56,689 nt of DNA from IMG/VR virus record IMGVR_UViG_3300032331_002769, positions 1-56,689 of that record, one strand, 5' to 3'. Position numbers and translations under genes: made by a program. The notes below the pieces were generated by a model. The model searched no databases. It was not told the DNA's origin and saw only the letters and a program-made list of their open reading frames with translations. This DNA comes from a virus (Duplodnaviria; Caudoviricetes). Shown here piece after piece: positions 37,300-47,047 of the stretch (within the stretch, counting starts at the first letter, position 1; each line of letters begins with the position of its first letter).

Positions 37300-37758
37300 A
37301 TGAAAGCTAAAGTAATATCCGATGCCACCATATTAATTAACAATACAGAGCATAAAAACTTTGTTGAAACAGATAAAATTATTCCTAGAGGAACTATTTT
37401 AGATGGGGAACGAATCAATATAATTGGCAAACGAAAAGGCAAAGAATTTGCTTATCGTTTGTTTCAAGACAAGGACGGAGTATTAATTTATGAAAAAAAC
37501 ATTGAACCAATGGAAGTAAACTTAAATGCCAATGGAGAAGCTGACACAAGAGTTGTCAATTTACCAAGTGTTAAAAACGACACAAGAACTCACGCAATTA
37601 TTTCAGTAGTTGCTGGAGTGTTAGCGTATGGAGTTGCTAAAAAAATGGGAAGTACTGGTAAAAAATCCTTAATTATAGGTGGAGTTTCCGCTTTAGTAGG
37701 TTATGGACTTGCAACCTACATTACTAAAAATCAAAAAATAACCATTTTAAATAAATAA
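37300..37758 (+). CDS. Two-TM virion membrane protein
   Basis: C-terminal glycine-rich helical hairpin. Confidence 0.75.
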   Translation: MKAKVISDATILINNTEHKNFVETDKIIPRGTILDGERINIIGKRKGKEFAYRLFQDKDGVLIYEKNIEPMEVNLNANGEADTRVVNLPSVKNDTRTHAIISVVAGVLAYGVAKKMGSTGKKSLIIGGVSALVGYGLATYITKNQKITILNK

Positions 37759-37760
37759 CA

Positions 37761-39023
37761 ATGGGAGAGTATCAAAACTACAATTCAGTTGTTGTCAACC
37801 TTGAACCAACTGAAAACGCACAAACTGGAGTTCGTGTTGCAACATACGACCAAGCTTTTTTAGGGGAAGAATTTTCTGATGCTAAAGGACGTGGGAGAGC
37901 AAGAAGAAAATCCAGAAAATTGTCTAAAATAGCTGATAAGCGTGAAGTAAGAACCGCACGAAGAAAGTTGAAAGGCGATCGACAAGAAGAACGAATTGCT
38001 AGAAGAAAAACTAGAAAAGAACAACGTCAAGAAATCCGTAACGACCAGCAAGATGCTAGAATGGAAAGACGTAACAAACGCAGAGAAGAAAAAGAAAACA
38101 AAGGCGGTGGAAAAGAAGCAGAAAGCGAAGAAGAAGAAGATACTACTCCAAAAGGAGGAAGTACAGATGATGGGCAAGATTCTGGCTCAACTGATTCTGA
38201 TTCTAGCGATAGCCAAGATACCAGCACAAGTGGAGGTGGATATGACGATGATTCGTCCGATGAAGATTCAGATAGTTCTGATACAGAAGAAGATTCAACA
38301 GAAGATGAAGATGATTCTACTGGAGAAGCCGATGAAAGTTTTGCTGGAGATAGTTCCAATTTTGCGTCAGAAATAACTGGTAAACCAAGTGTTCCTAGTG
38401 CAATTCAATCTATTTGTTTCAAAATAGAAATGAATAATGAAATGATAAATCAATTGATGCAACATAAAAAAATGTTGGAAGATAAATCAAAAGATTCTTC
38501 AAAAATCAATGATGCAATTGTTAAAAAATTCAACGAAACACAAGCGTTAGAAGATAAATTGCAGAATTTTTCTGGAGCAAATGGACAAGGCGATCCACAA
38601 AAAGCAAAAGTTGTTAGAATTGCAAAAGCCAAAGCAAGAAAACAAAGAATTGAAAACTTGCCAATTCCTCCAATTATGCTTTATAAACTTTTGAAAAAAG
38701 GAGTTCCTAAAGATAAAATTAAACATTGGTGGGAAGCTAAAGGCAGAAAAGCACACGCACGAAAAATGAATTTTGATGGTGGTACAGATGAATTAGGAAT
38801 AACTGAATCAAATGAGTACAATGATTATGATTTAGGTGCACCAGCATACGATTACGACCAACCTCAAACACAAGTTGTTGACCTTGATAGTCCAAGTTCA
38901 GAACAATTAATGAATTTTTCTGGTGGAACAAGTTCTGATGGTTACTGGAAATCGCTTTTAATTGGTGGTTTAGTTGCTTTTGTTGGAGTTTACTTGGTTA
39001 AAAAATACAAATTACTGAAATAA
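37761..39023 (+). CDS. Tail-anchored protein with Arg/Lys-rich and Asp/Ser-rich blocks
   Basis: Basic tract after FSDAKG, acidic tract, C-terminal TM with basic tail. Confidence 0.8.
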   Translation: MGEYQNYNSVVVNLEPTENAQTGVRVATYDQAFLGEEFSDAKGRGRARRKSRKLSKIADKREVRTARRKLKGDRQEERIARRKTRKEQRQEIRNDQQDARMERRNKRREEKENKGGGKEAESEEEEDTTPKGGSTDDGQDSGSTDSDSSDSQDTSTSGGGYDDDSSDEDSDSSDTEEDSTEDEDDSTGEADESFAGDSSNFASEITGKPSVPSAIQSICFKIEMNNEMINQLMQHKKMLEDKSKDSSKINDAIVKKFNETQALEDKLQNFSGANGQGDPQKAKVVRIAKAKARKQRIENLPIPPIMLYKLLKKGVPKDKIKHWWEAKGRKAHARKMNFDGGTDELGITESNEYNDYDLGAPAYDYDQPQTQVVDLDSPSSEQLMNFSGGTSSDGYWKSLLIGGLVAFVGVYLVKKYKLLK

Positions 39024-39295
39024 TGCTTTATCAAACATTTCATTTACAGACAAATCCAAATTCAGAATATCAAAGGCGAGGTGGCGTTTGGTACAAAAGA
39101 GCAATTGGTACAAATGAAGTGTTTGTTCCAGTAGCCGACAAAAATCAATCTTTTATGGAATCTTATTTTTCAAAAAGATATGGTTTTTTGTACCAATACT
39201 CAATGACTGCTAAAATTGGTGCGGTTGCGATTTTATTATTAGGAGTTTATTCATACACCAAATTCAGTAAAAAAAGTGGAGTTTCAAAATTATAA
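39023..39295 (+). CDS. Small tail-anchored membrane protein
   Basis: IGAVAILLLGVYSY followed by basic tail. Confidence 0.7.
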   Translation: MLYQTFHLQTNPNSEYQRRGGVWYKRAIGTNEVFVPVADKNQSFMESYFSKRYGFLYQYSMTAKIGAVAILLLGVYSYTKFSKKSGVSKL

Positions 39296-39899
39296 TAAGG
39301 CACATCAAAGATTAATGAAACGAATGGGGAATATCGTTGCTAACGATAAATCCTCATTTGTTTCAATGCTTGACAATGCTGGTATTACTGCAACTGAATA
39401 CGATGCACCAGAAATTTTAATTGAAAAATATGTGGACGAATTGCCAGATAACGACCAATTGAAAGTTATGAGTGCATATCTTATTGAAAATAAAGAAGCT
39501 AGTAATTTTTCTGGAAAAGTTGATAACCAACAAGTCTATGATAATTACCATAACATTTACAACTATTGGGATTTTGATTTGTCAGATGAAGTTTCAAACG
39601 CTGGAGGAACAGTTGGTGCAATAGCACAAGGAGTTGGAGCATTAGCAAATGTAGGCAATACCGCACTTCAAGGCAGACAAAAGAGAAAGTATGGTGCGAC
39701 TGATACTGCAATGAAAAAGCAAGAAACCAAAGCCGAATTATTAAAGTCAGTTATTGCTCAAAAGCAAATGAAAGCTGAAAAAGATAAAGCGGAAGCGGAA
39801 GCGAAAGCAAAAAAAACTAAATACTGGATAATTGGAGGTTCGATTATTGGTGGTTTAGCTATTGTTGGAACAATTATTTATTTTGTAAGAAAAAAATAA
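39276..39899 (+). CDS. Tail-anchored membrane protein
   Basis: SNFSG and SNAGG motifs; WIIGGSIIGGLAIVGTIIYFVRKK. Confidence 0.78.
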   Translation: MEFQNYNKAHQRLMKRMGNIVANDKSSFVSMLDNAGITATEYDAPEILIEKYVDELPDNDQLKVMSAYLIENKEASNFSGKVDNQQVYDNYHNIYNYWDFDLSDEVSNAGGTVGAIAQGVGALANVGNTALQGRQKRKYGATDTAMKKQETKAELLKSVIAQKQMKAEKDKAEAEAKAKKTKYWIIGGSIIGGLAIVGTIIYFVRKK

Positions 39900-39904
39900 T
39901 TACA

Positions 39905-40012
39905 ATGAAAAAGATTTTATCTGTTATAGCAATTGGAGGTTTGTTATTTGTAATTTACAAGTCATACAATCAAGCCAAAGCGAGTAAAAAAGAAATTAAA
40001 TTAGTACAATGA
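39905..40012 (+). CDS. 35 aa membrane peptide (not in ORF track)
   Basis: MKKILSVIAIGGLLFVIYKSY; ATGA overlap with next gene. Confidence 0.65.
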   Translation: MKKILSVIAIGGLLFVIYKSYNQAKASKKEIKLVQ

Positions 40013-40524
40013 AAAAGTCATATATCATCACTAAAGACTTAAAAAGTCCAGTTGTTGTGAATAGTCAAACAGCTCATAAACCAGCTCAAATTCGCTTCAA
40101 AAACTTTCGTAAAGGACAAATAGTTCAAGGAGAACTAAAACACGCTGGAAATAAACCCTCATTTGTCCTTGTTGGGCGTATGTGTGTTGTTCCTTTAGAG
40201 TGCGTTAAAGAACTTCAAGGCAAAGACATTCAAACTTCATCATTTACTGGAGCAGATATGGACGAACAAAAGAACCAACAACAAAAAGTTGTAAAAATAG
40301 AAAATCCAAAAATCAAGTATTTAGACGCTCTGATTATTGGTGGTTTGGCTGGATTCTTATTAGTTCACGTTGCTGAAAAACAAGGTTATCTTACTCCAAA
40401 TGAAGAAAATGATAAGAAGAATAAAATGTATGGTGCAATAGGTGGAGCGTTAGTTGGTTTATACTTAACTTACCGAAATCAAAGCACTCAAAAAGTAACA
40501 ACAACTCAAAAACCACAACAATGA
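40009..40524 (+). CDS. Two-TM virion membrane protein with soluble N-domain
   Basis: GG-rich TM hairpin; SSFTG linker. Confidence 0.75.
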   Translation: MKKSYIITKDLKSPVVVNSQTAHKPAQIRFKNFRKGQIVQGELKHAGNKPSFVLVGRMCVVPLECVKELQGKDIQTSSFTGADMDEQKNQQQKVVKIENPKIKYLDALIIGGLAGFLLVHVAEKQGYLTPNEENDKKNKMYGAIGGALVGLYLTYRNQSTQKVTTTQKPQQ

Positions 40525-40844
40525 TAAGTGTAGAAACTAGCAATCCAGTTTTCTCAAATGTTACTGGAAAAACAAAAGAACAAAAAAAAGAAAATAGAGG
40601 TAAAGTTTGGGAAAAAACCAAAAATGTTTATACAAAAGCAAAAGATTCTGGAATTTTACAAGGTTTAGAGAATTTAGCATTAGGAAACAAAAACGCCACT
40701 TCAACAGATAGCGGTTCAGCCGATAATTATACACCAACAACACCATCAAAAGAGCCTATGAGTACGGGAATGAAAGTTGGTATTGGAGTTGGGATTTTGG
40801 CAATTGGATTTGGAATTTATTGGTTTGGATTTAGAAAAAAATAA
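40521..40844 (+). CDS. Tail-anchored membrane protein
   Basis: N-terminus MISVETSNPVFSN shared with 47549; C-terminal TM followed by RKK. Confidence 0.78.
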   Translation: MISVETSNPVFSNVTGKTKEQKKENRGKVWEKTKNVYTKAKDSGILQGLENLALGNKNATSTDSGSADNYTPTTPSKEPMSTGMKVGIGVGILAIGFGIYWFGFRKK

Positions 40845-40850
40845 GGTATA

Positions 40851-41627
40851 ATGGAAAAAGTTTGGGAAACTGCAAAAAGAAAAATTGCACTTGATGTTTC
40901 AATCAAATGTGAGGGAGTATGCCGATTTAGGGTAACTGCTTCTGATATGCAAAAGAATACAAAATATGCAGACCGAACGATTGAAGTAAATGGTTACAGA
41001 ACTATTTACCTTTCTTTTCCAACTTCGCCACAAGAAACAAAAATTGTTGTAGTTCCGTTGGATAACACAAAAGATTATTTGGTTGACATTAAAGAAAAAA
41101 ATCTGAAAACCTACCAAATTTATTTAGATCCAGAAGCAACAAAATTTGTAAAATTCGCTCAAGAATTTACTTCTCAAAGTGGATTTGCACCAGCTAGTCC
41201 ACAAGGTCGTTTTTTTAGAGCAAATGACAAGTATTTCAATATCAGATACTACCCAGTAATTATGGATAAAGGCAGACCATCTACCACTCCAGCAAGAATT
41301 GGACACAAAACTGGTATTATTGACGTTTCAAAATTTCATTTTGATAGGTACACTATTCCAATGAGAATGTGTATCTTACTTCACGAATTTTCACACAAAT
41401 ACAGAAATCCAAAAATTGATTTAGAAATTTCAAATGAAGTTGGAGCAGACCTTAACGCACTTTATATTTACTTAGGATTGGGATATTCCAAAGTAGATGC
41501 TATCTTTGTGTTTGCTAATGTTTTTCTGAAAGCTCAAAGTCAAGGAAATATGGTTCGTATGAGAAAGATAATGGACTACATTAAAAGATTTGAGAATCAA
41601 GAATTTGCTAAAATCTTAACTGAATAA
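40851..41627 (+). CDS. Zincin (HExxH) metalloprotease, candidate maturation protease
   Basis: CILLHEFSH followed by NEVGAD (gluzincin-like third ligand); embedded in the structural operon. Confidence 0.7.
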   Translation: MEKVWETAKRKIALDVSIKCEGVCRFRVTASDMQKNTKYADRTIEVNGYRTIYLSFPTSPQETKIVVVPLDNTKDYLVDIKEKNLKTYQIYLDPEATKFVKFAQEFTSQSGFAPASPQGRFFRANDKYFNIRYYPVIMDKGRPSTTPARIGHKTGIIDVSKFHFDRYTIPMRMCILLHEFSHKYRNPKIDLEISNEVGADLNALYIYLGLGYSKVDAIFVFANVFLKAQSQGNMVRMRKIMDYIKRFENQEFAKILTE

Positions 41628-42578
41628 ATGAATATCTGGGGAGAAAATATTGACGAATGGGAGGGCGATGATTACGACCAATTTTTCACTGAAAATAAGC
41701 AAAATTTAGATAATTTTGAGGATTTACCAGAGGAAGATGCTTTAGATATTGAGGATATTGACTTCTCAAATATTACTGGCAAAACTACGCACGAAAAATT
41801 AAAGAAAATTAGTCGTAAAACTTCTACCGCTAAAGTAGTTCCCAAAAAAAAAAGATTAGCACCAGTAAACAGTAAAAGTCGTAAAATAATTGCCGACAAA
41901 AATGTTAAATATAAATTTAACAAAGTCAAAGGCAGACAGACTATTACAACAATGCAATTGCCAGATGATCGCGAAATTGTTTTAAAAGGAGTTGACGAAT
42001 TTATACTTTCTCAAAATTCAGCACCTCAAAAAAACATTGGATATTACAAAGGCGAAAAACTGAAAGAATTAGTAATAATTATCAACAATGATAGTCCAAT
42101 TGATTTTACAATTGAATTATTCAATCCTTCAGCACCCCTCGATTATTTGTATGCAACTACCGATAACTTAAATAATCGTATTCTAGTGGCTGGAGATAAC
42201 AAGGTAAGCTATTCAGATTTTTTGTTTAACATTTTGGCAAATCCAGTTATTATTCCAAACGCAAAATTTGTAGCTACTGGTTTACAAGCAAATGCTCAAT
42301 TTAATCAACCAATGATTTTTAAAAACAAAAACATTGCTGGAGAGCAAAAAGTTTTTCCAATTCAAAACTCATTGAATATTGACATTAACCAAAACCAAAA
42401 AGAAATAGTTTATTGGGACATTCAGCAGTCTTTAAATCGTGTTTTTTCGCCTAATGGTATGGACGTAATGGAATATACTGTTTTAGCTGGAAATTATGTT
42501 GTTTTCGGTTTCTATTACAAGCAATTATCATTAAATAAAATAGTTATTCCAGAGTTAAGAAATAAAGGAATTTTATGA
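41628..42578 (+). CDS. Paralog of the putative major capsid protein (second/minor capsid protein)
   Basis: C-terminal ~170 aa aligns by eye with 35952..36692; acidic-then-basic N-terminal extension. Confidence 0.6.
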   Translation: MNIWGENIDEWEGDDYDQFFTENKQNLDNFEDLPEEDALDIEDIDFSNITGKTTHEKLKKISRKTSTAKVVPKKKRLAPVNSKSRKIIADKNVKYKFNKVKGRQTITTMQLPDDREIVLKGVDEFILSQNSAPQKNIGYYKGEKLKELVIIINNDSPIDFTIELFNPSAPLDYLYATTDNLNNRILVAGDNKVSYSDFLFNILANPVIIPNAKFVATGLQANAQFNQPMIFKNKNIAGEQKVFPIQNSLNIDINQNQKEIVYWDIQQSLNRVFSPNGMDVMEYTVLAGNYVVFGFYYKQLSLNKIVIPELRNKGIL

Positions 42579-44881
42579 TTTTAAACAGTACAAAATATAA
42601 GAATCCAGAAAGAACTATTGTAGGTCTTTTAAACTTCGTTACTAATGCCGACACAATCATTTTGTGCGACACTTCTGTTGGTGCGGTTGCTTTAGAATTA
42701 TTATCAATTCCAAACGATCAATGGAGTACAACTTATTCTATTTATGTAATTGACAACTCAAACAATGCAAGTGTTAACAACATTACAATTAATGCTCCAG
42801 TTGGTTATACAATCAACAATCAATCTTCATTAACAATTAATACCAACGGAGGTTCAGTTGTCATAAAAGTTGCATCAAATACTGGATATTTAGGAAGCTT
42901 AACTTCTGGAGGAACTTCTGGAGGCTCTGTTTCAGTTGTTAACCAACAAAATCCATTTACGCCCCCAAATTTACTTACAAGTAGTTTAAGTAAATTGACT
43001 TTCAAGGGTTTACAAAGTACTGTAATTGGAAACGAAGTAACAATTTCTAATGACTTTGTTTCTGTTAGTGCGATAAATTTAAACTCTTTAATTACTTCAA
43101 AAACATTAATTCCAAATCAATGGTACAATGTAACTGATGCTATTTTTGGTAGTGGTGCGTTTTCTCAAACTGTTAATGTTTTTGTTTGTGCAACTTCAAC
43201 AGATAAAATAAATTCTTTTGGGCTTGGACAATTTTACAATGCTGATTATAATGGAATTGGAAATTATTCTGGAATTACTGGGTTCAATTCTCAATTAGGA
43301 GTTTGGTATGCTGGATTGGGAGTTGCGATTGGCGATGTGGCAATATGGTATAATTTAATGTACGCAAACACTACTGGTGTTAATACTTCTACTCCACCAA
43401 ATTTAGATACAACAAACTGGAAGTTACTTTCTTTTAGTGAAACAAATGGTTATATTTTAGTTTCAAATGAGATTTCATATTATAGTTCTGCAAATATAAT
43501 TACGTCTAGAAAAGATAATTTTTTAAATGAAGTTGTTTTTGCTCAATCAAGCGGTTTAACATTAGATTTAAACGCATTAAACGTTTTTCGATGGGGAGAT
43601 AGTGGTATAACTCTAAATACTGTAACAAAAGATGGAATATTTTCTTGTTGTAATGTTCAATCTAAATCGATACAAATTCGACAAAATACGATTATAAGTT
43701 CTCAAATCTACTTTGGAGATCCAGATAATAATTTAGGAGGAACTTCTGGAGAATTTTCAAACAATATTTTTGAAAATAATTCTGCAAATATTTTATATGG
43801 AAAAACAACTGGTAGTGGTAATTTTAGAAAAAACAAAATTACTTTAGGTGGTTTTTTAATTGATAATGCTGGTTCAATAGATGGAAATGTTTTTTCGTAT
43901 TGTTATGGATACATAAACAATAATGATGGAAATGCTTCAATTTCAGATGCAGAAATGCACTTTTGTCAATTAGCTATTGATAATCAAGGAAATATTGGCA
44001 GTTCTCAATTTATAGCTTGTCCAACCACTTTTGTAAATGCTTTAAACGCCCAGTATTCTAGTAATTATGCTTTGAATTGTGAATTACATATAGAAAATTC
44101 ATTTACAACTTTTACAAATAACACTTTTAAAAACAGTTATATTGAAACGACTAATTTTAGTGGTTTTAGACATAACAATATTGAAAACTCAACTTTTGTT
44201 TTGCTCAACAATAATGCTGAATTTGGTGGATATGGTACATTAGCTCCATTAGGTAATAATATCCGAAATTCTAATTTTACTATCAGCACTAACCAAAAGC
44301 AAATATCAAGCAATACTATTGAAGATAGCAAAATTGTAATTACGACCAATAATGGTTCTATTCAAAACAATTATTTTCTTCAACAAACTGAAATTACAAT
44401 TCTTAGCAATACTGGAGATTTAGAAAATCTATCAACTTATGGAGCGAATTTTGGAAGTGGTTTAAATAATTCAATAAGTTTTAATGGAGGAACATATCAA
44501 AAAGGAAATTTAAGTATTGCAGTAACTTTAGATTGTTCTCAACCTAGCATTTATAATTCGGGTACTCAAACATTAACAATTCCATCTGCTTTTAGAGATT
44601 TTGCTGGTATTTTTTATTTAGATAATGCGAGTGGAATTACAATTACTAAAATCATAAATATTAGTACTATTGGAGAACAAACTATTTATTCTAATAATGG
44701 TATTGTAACATTTATTACAAATTCTGTTACTATCGGCTACATTTATGAAATAGTATCTAATCGCCCAGCACCATATAGTTATTTGGTTACTCACAGAACA
44801 AACGGAAATGATTATATAAAGATTATTAATAGTGGAATATTTAATTGTGTAACTAATTCTAACGCTGGAATATTCGTATAA
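42575..44881 (+). CDS. Putative spike / receptor-binding protein with beta-helix repeats
   Basis: 768 aa, N/S/T/G/I-rich with periodic NxxxNS.I.I..N repeats. Confidence 0.65.
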   Translation: MILNSTKYKNPERTIVGLLNFVTNADTIILCDTSVGAVALELLSIPNDQWSTTYSIYVIDNSNNASVNNITINAPVGYTINNQSSLTINTNGGSVVIKVASNTGYLGSLTSGGTSGGSVSVVNQQNPFTPPNLLTSSLSKLTFKGLQSTVIGNEVTISNDFVSVSAINLNSLITSKTLIPNQWYNVTDAIFGSGAFSQTVNVFVCATSTDKINSFGLGQFYNADYNGIGNYSGITGFNSQLGVWYAGLGVAIGDVAIWYNLMYANTTGVNTSTPPNLDTTNWKLLSFSETNGYILVSNEISYYSSANIITSRKDNFLNEVVFAQSSGLTLDLNALNVFRWGDSGITLNTVTKDGIFSCCNVQSKSIQIRQNTIISSQIYFGDPDNNLGGTSGEFSNNIFENNSANILYGKTTGSGNFRKNKITLGGFLIDNAGSIDGNVFSYCYGYINNNDGNASISDAEMHFCQLAIDNQGNIGSSQFIACPTTFVNALNAQYSSNYALNCELHIENSFTTFTNNTFKNSYIETTNFSGFRHNNIENSTFVLLNNNAEFGGYGTLAPLGNNIRNSNFTISTNQKQISSNTIEDSKIVITTNNGSIQNNYFLQQTEITILSNTGDLENLSTYGANFGSGLNNSISFNGGTYQKGNLSIAVTLDCSQPSIYNSGTQTLTIPSAFRDFAGIFYLDNASGITITKIINISTIGEQTIYSNNGIVTFITNSVTIGYIYEIVSNRPAPYSYLVTHRTNGNDYIKIINSGIFNCVTNSNAGIFV

Positions 44882-44906
44882 ATTTAAAATTTTAAAAAAA
44901 AAACAA

Positions 44907-45422
44907 ATGGCACAACCAACTGGATTCGACAAAGCAAGAGAAGTTTACACTAATTTAGATCCACGATTAAGATTAGGAGTTCAAGTAGTAGGTTTCGGAC
45001 TTGCAATTTATATTATTTACAAGTTAGCAAAAAAGCAACAAGAACTTTCTAAAGATAAACCTTTTACAAGTGAAGCTCAAGCAACTGCAAACGACTTAGA
45101 AGTATTAAATAAAAACCCTTATACAAGGCAATCAATTTCTGAAAGCCAAGCAAAAGCATACGCCAATAAAATTTGGACGTGTATGGAGGGCAAAGGAACT
45201 TACGAAGATGAATTAATCGGAGTTTTTTATCACTTGAAGAATACTGCCGACTTTTTAGCGGTGGAAAAAGCATACGGAATCAGAACAATTCACTCAAAAA
45301 CCTATTTTGTAGATGATTTTAGAGGAAATATGGTTGCTGGACTTGTTTCAGAATTAAGTGTGGACGAAATTAAAAGGATAAATACAATTTTATCGAAAAA
45401 AAATATCAAAAGACGTGTATAA
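44907..45422 (+). CDS. Membrane-anchored annexin-repeat-like protein
   Basis: N-terminal TM; ANKIWTCMEGKGTYEDELIGVF...AVEKAYG...LVSELS resembles the annexin AMxGxGTxE...Y...ELS signature. Confidence 0.55.
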   Translation: MAQPTGFDKAREVYTNLDPRLRLGVQVVGFGLAIYIIYKLAKKQQELSKDKPFTSEAQATANDLEVLNKNPYTRQSISESQAKAYANKIWTCMEGKGTYEDELIGVFYHLKNTADFLAVEKAYGIRTIHSKTYFVDDFRGNMVAGLVSELSVDEIKRINTILSKKNIKRRV

Positions 45423-45433
45423 AAAAAAATAAG

Positions 45434-45441
45434 TATATTTG
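45434..45441 (+). promoter_or_regulatory. -7 box TATATTTG
   Basis: TAnnTTTG, intergenic; same AAATAAGTATATTTGTTAA context as 24492. Confidence 0.65.
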
Positions 45442-45463
45442 TTAATTAAAAATCGAAAAAAAA

Positions 45464-45682
45464 ATGGAATTTTACAAAAACACAACCGCAAAAATCAAGG
45501 CTAACCCAATTTCTTCTTTAGTAGGAGTAGTTGGTGGATTTTACCTTGCAAAAAAGTTTATGCCAACTTCAAAATGGTATGTTCTAGGAGGAATTGCTTT
45601 AGTTGGTGGTATTGCTGGTGCAATGGTATCAAGTGCCTATGCTTCAAGACAAACTGGAGTAACCAAAGAACAAACAAAATAA
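45464..45682 (+). CDS. Small glycine-zipper two-TM membrane protein
   Basis: LVGVVGGFYL and LGGIALVGGIAGAMV. Confidence 0.75.
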   Translation: MEFYKNTTAKIKANPISSLVGVVGGFYLAKKFMPTSKWYVLGGIALVGGIAGAMVSSAYASRQTGVTKEQTK

Positions 45683-45720
45683 GTATAAACCTCAATTATT
45701 AATTTTTAAAATTTAAAAAA

Positions 45721-46110
45721 ATGCCAACACCAACAACCATTGGAGGATCTAGCAGTGTAACTTTAGATTTGTCAGTAAATACTTCATTTGCTTTGACTGG
45801 TTTAGATTCTTTAGGAAATCCGCTTTCAAGAATCAATGTAAGAATTCTTAAAGGAATCACAACCGCTTCGGCTTGTGAGATTTATTTACCATTAATTTCT
45901 AGTTTGAATTATCGTTCTACTCAATTTAACATTGATAACAATGATTTTGATGGAACAACAACAGTTCATTCTGGAACTACTATTGCAGAAACAAATTATG
46001 TAAATGGAGAATCAAGTTTAATTTTATTAAAAAATCCAAATTTAGTTACTCCTATTACAAGTTCATCTACTGATAACTGGACAATTCCAGCTTTAGTAGA
46101 AGCACCATAA
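45721..46110 (+). CDS. Beta-rich structural protein (putative)
   Basis: T/S-rich; followed by a terminator. Confidence 0.6.
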   Translation: MPTPTTIGGSSSVTLDLSVNTSFALTGLDSLGNPLSRINVRILKGITTASACEIYLPLISSLNYRSTQFNIDNNDFDGTTTVHSGTTIAETNYVNGESSLILLKNPNLVTPITSSSTDNWTIPALVEAP

Positions 46111-46124
46111 TCTAAAAAAAATAT

Positions 46125-46168
46125 AAATTCCAACATTATTGTTTCGGCAATTTTGTTGGAATTTTATT
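46125..46168 (+). terminator. Intrinsic terminator with TTCG loop
   Basis: AAATTCCAACA..TTGT-TTCG-GCAA..TGTTGGAATTT. Confidence 0.7.
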
Positions 46169-46194
46169 TGAGTAAAAAATTAAAAAATAAAACT

Positions 46195-47046
46195 ATGCCT
46201 AATAAACAAAGCAATAACAAAATTTACTTATTCGCTGGTGCAATTGTAGTAGGAATAGTTGGATATTTTGGTTACAATTGGTATAAAAAACGTACTGAAT
46301 CTAAAAGTTTGGACGATAAAAAACCAAGTGAAACTAAAGTTTTCAATTCGCCAATAGAAACTCCTCAAAGTTCTGTTGTTCCAACTTCAAATCCATTTAA
46401 AACGTCTGACGAAGTATTAAAATTCCAACAATGGGTAATCAATACAAAAAAAGACAAGTCTATTTTGGGTAAAGGTGGATCAACTGGATATGGCGATGAT
46501 GGTAAGTGGGGAACAAATTCTGGAATTGCTTGGGATAAGTATGGTAAAGAATATTTAATTGGCATTCCAAGTGGGAAAACAGAAGTTTATGCCGATTTAG
46601 AAAAAGACATTGACACGATTATCAACAACAAATATAATTCTGGACAAAAAGCCGAAAAAAGTTATTTAAGAGCAACCGCTTTAAAATATCCAGATTTCGT
46701 TAAAAATTGGGCGGAAGCAGTTCGTAAAAGATATGATTCTAATGGTTCAAAAGGAACAACATTCATATTTGCAAATGAAATTTATGATGGATTTCAAGCG
46801 GAAAAACTTATAAATAAATTTATTTTAGGTAAAACTGCATTTAAAAAAGATGGAAATGTTTATGCTTTTGAAAAAGCAGATAGATATTCAGCAAATACTA
46901 ATTTGTATGGTACTAAAAAAGAACGTGGAGTTGTTAAAGGCTATTTCTTTAACAGAGAACAAAGAATTTTATTTTTGTACATTCCAAGTAATTCTGGTAG
47001 CACATTAGTTTGGTATCCATTATCTTCAATCGAAAAATTTAGCTAA
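46195..47046 (+). CDS. Membrane-anchored protein with peptidoglycan-binding-like motif
   Basis: N-terminal TM; VLKFQQWV...DDGKWGTNS; start revised to ATG 46195. Confidence 0.6.
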   Translation: MPNKQSNNKIYLFAGAIVVGIVGYFGYNWYKKRTESKSLDDKKPSETKVFNSPIETPQSSVVPTSNPFKTSDEVLKFQQWVINTKKDKSILGKGGSTGYGDDGKWGTNSGIAWDKYGKEYLIGIPSGKTEVYADLEKDIDTIINNKYNSGQKAEKSYLRATALKYPDFVKNWAEAVRKRYDSNGSKGTTFIFANEIYDGFQAEKLINKFILGKTAFKKDGNVYAFEKADRYSANTNLYGTKKERGVVKGYFFNREQRILFLYIPSNSGSTLVWYPLSSIEKFS

Positions 47047-47047
47047 A

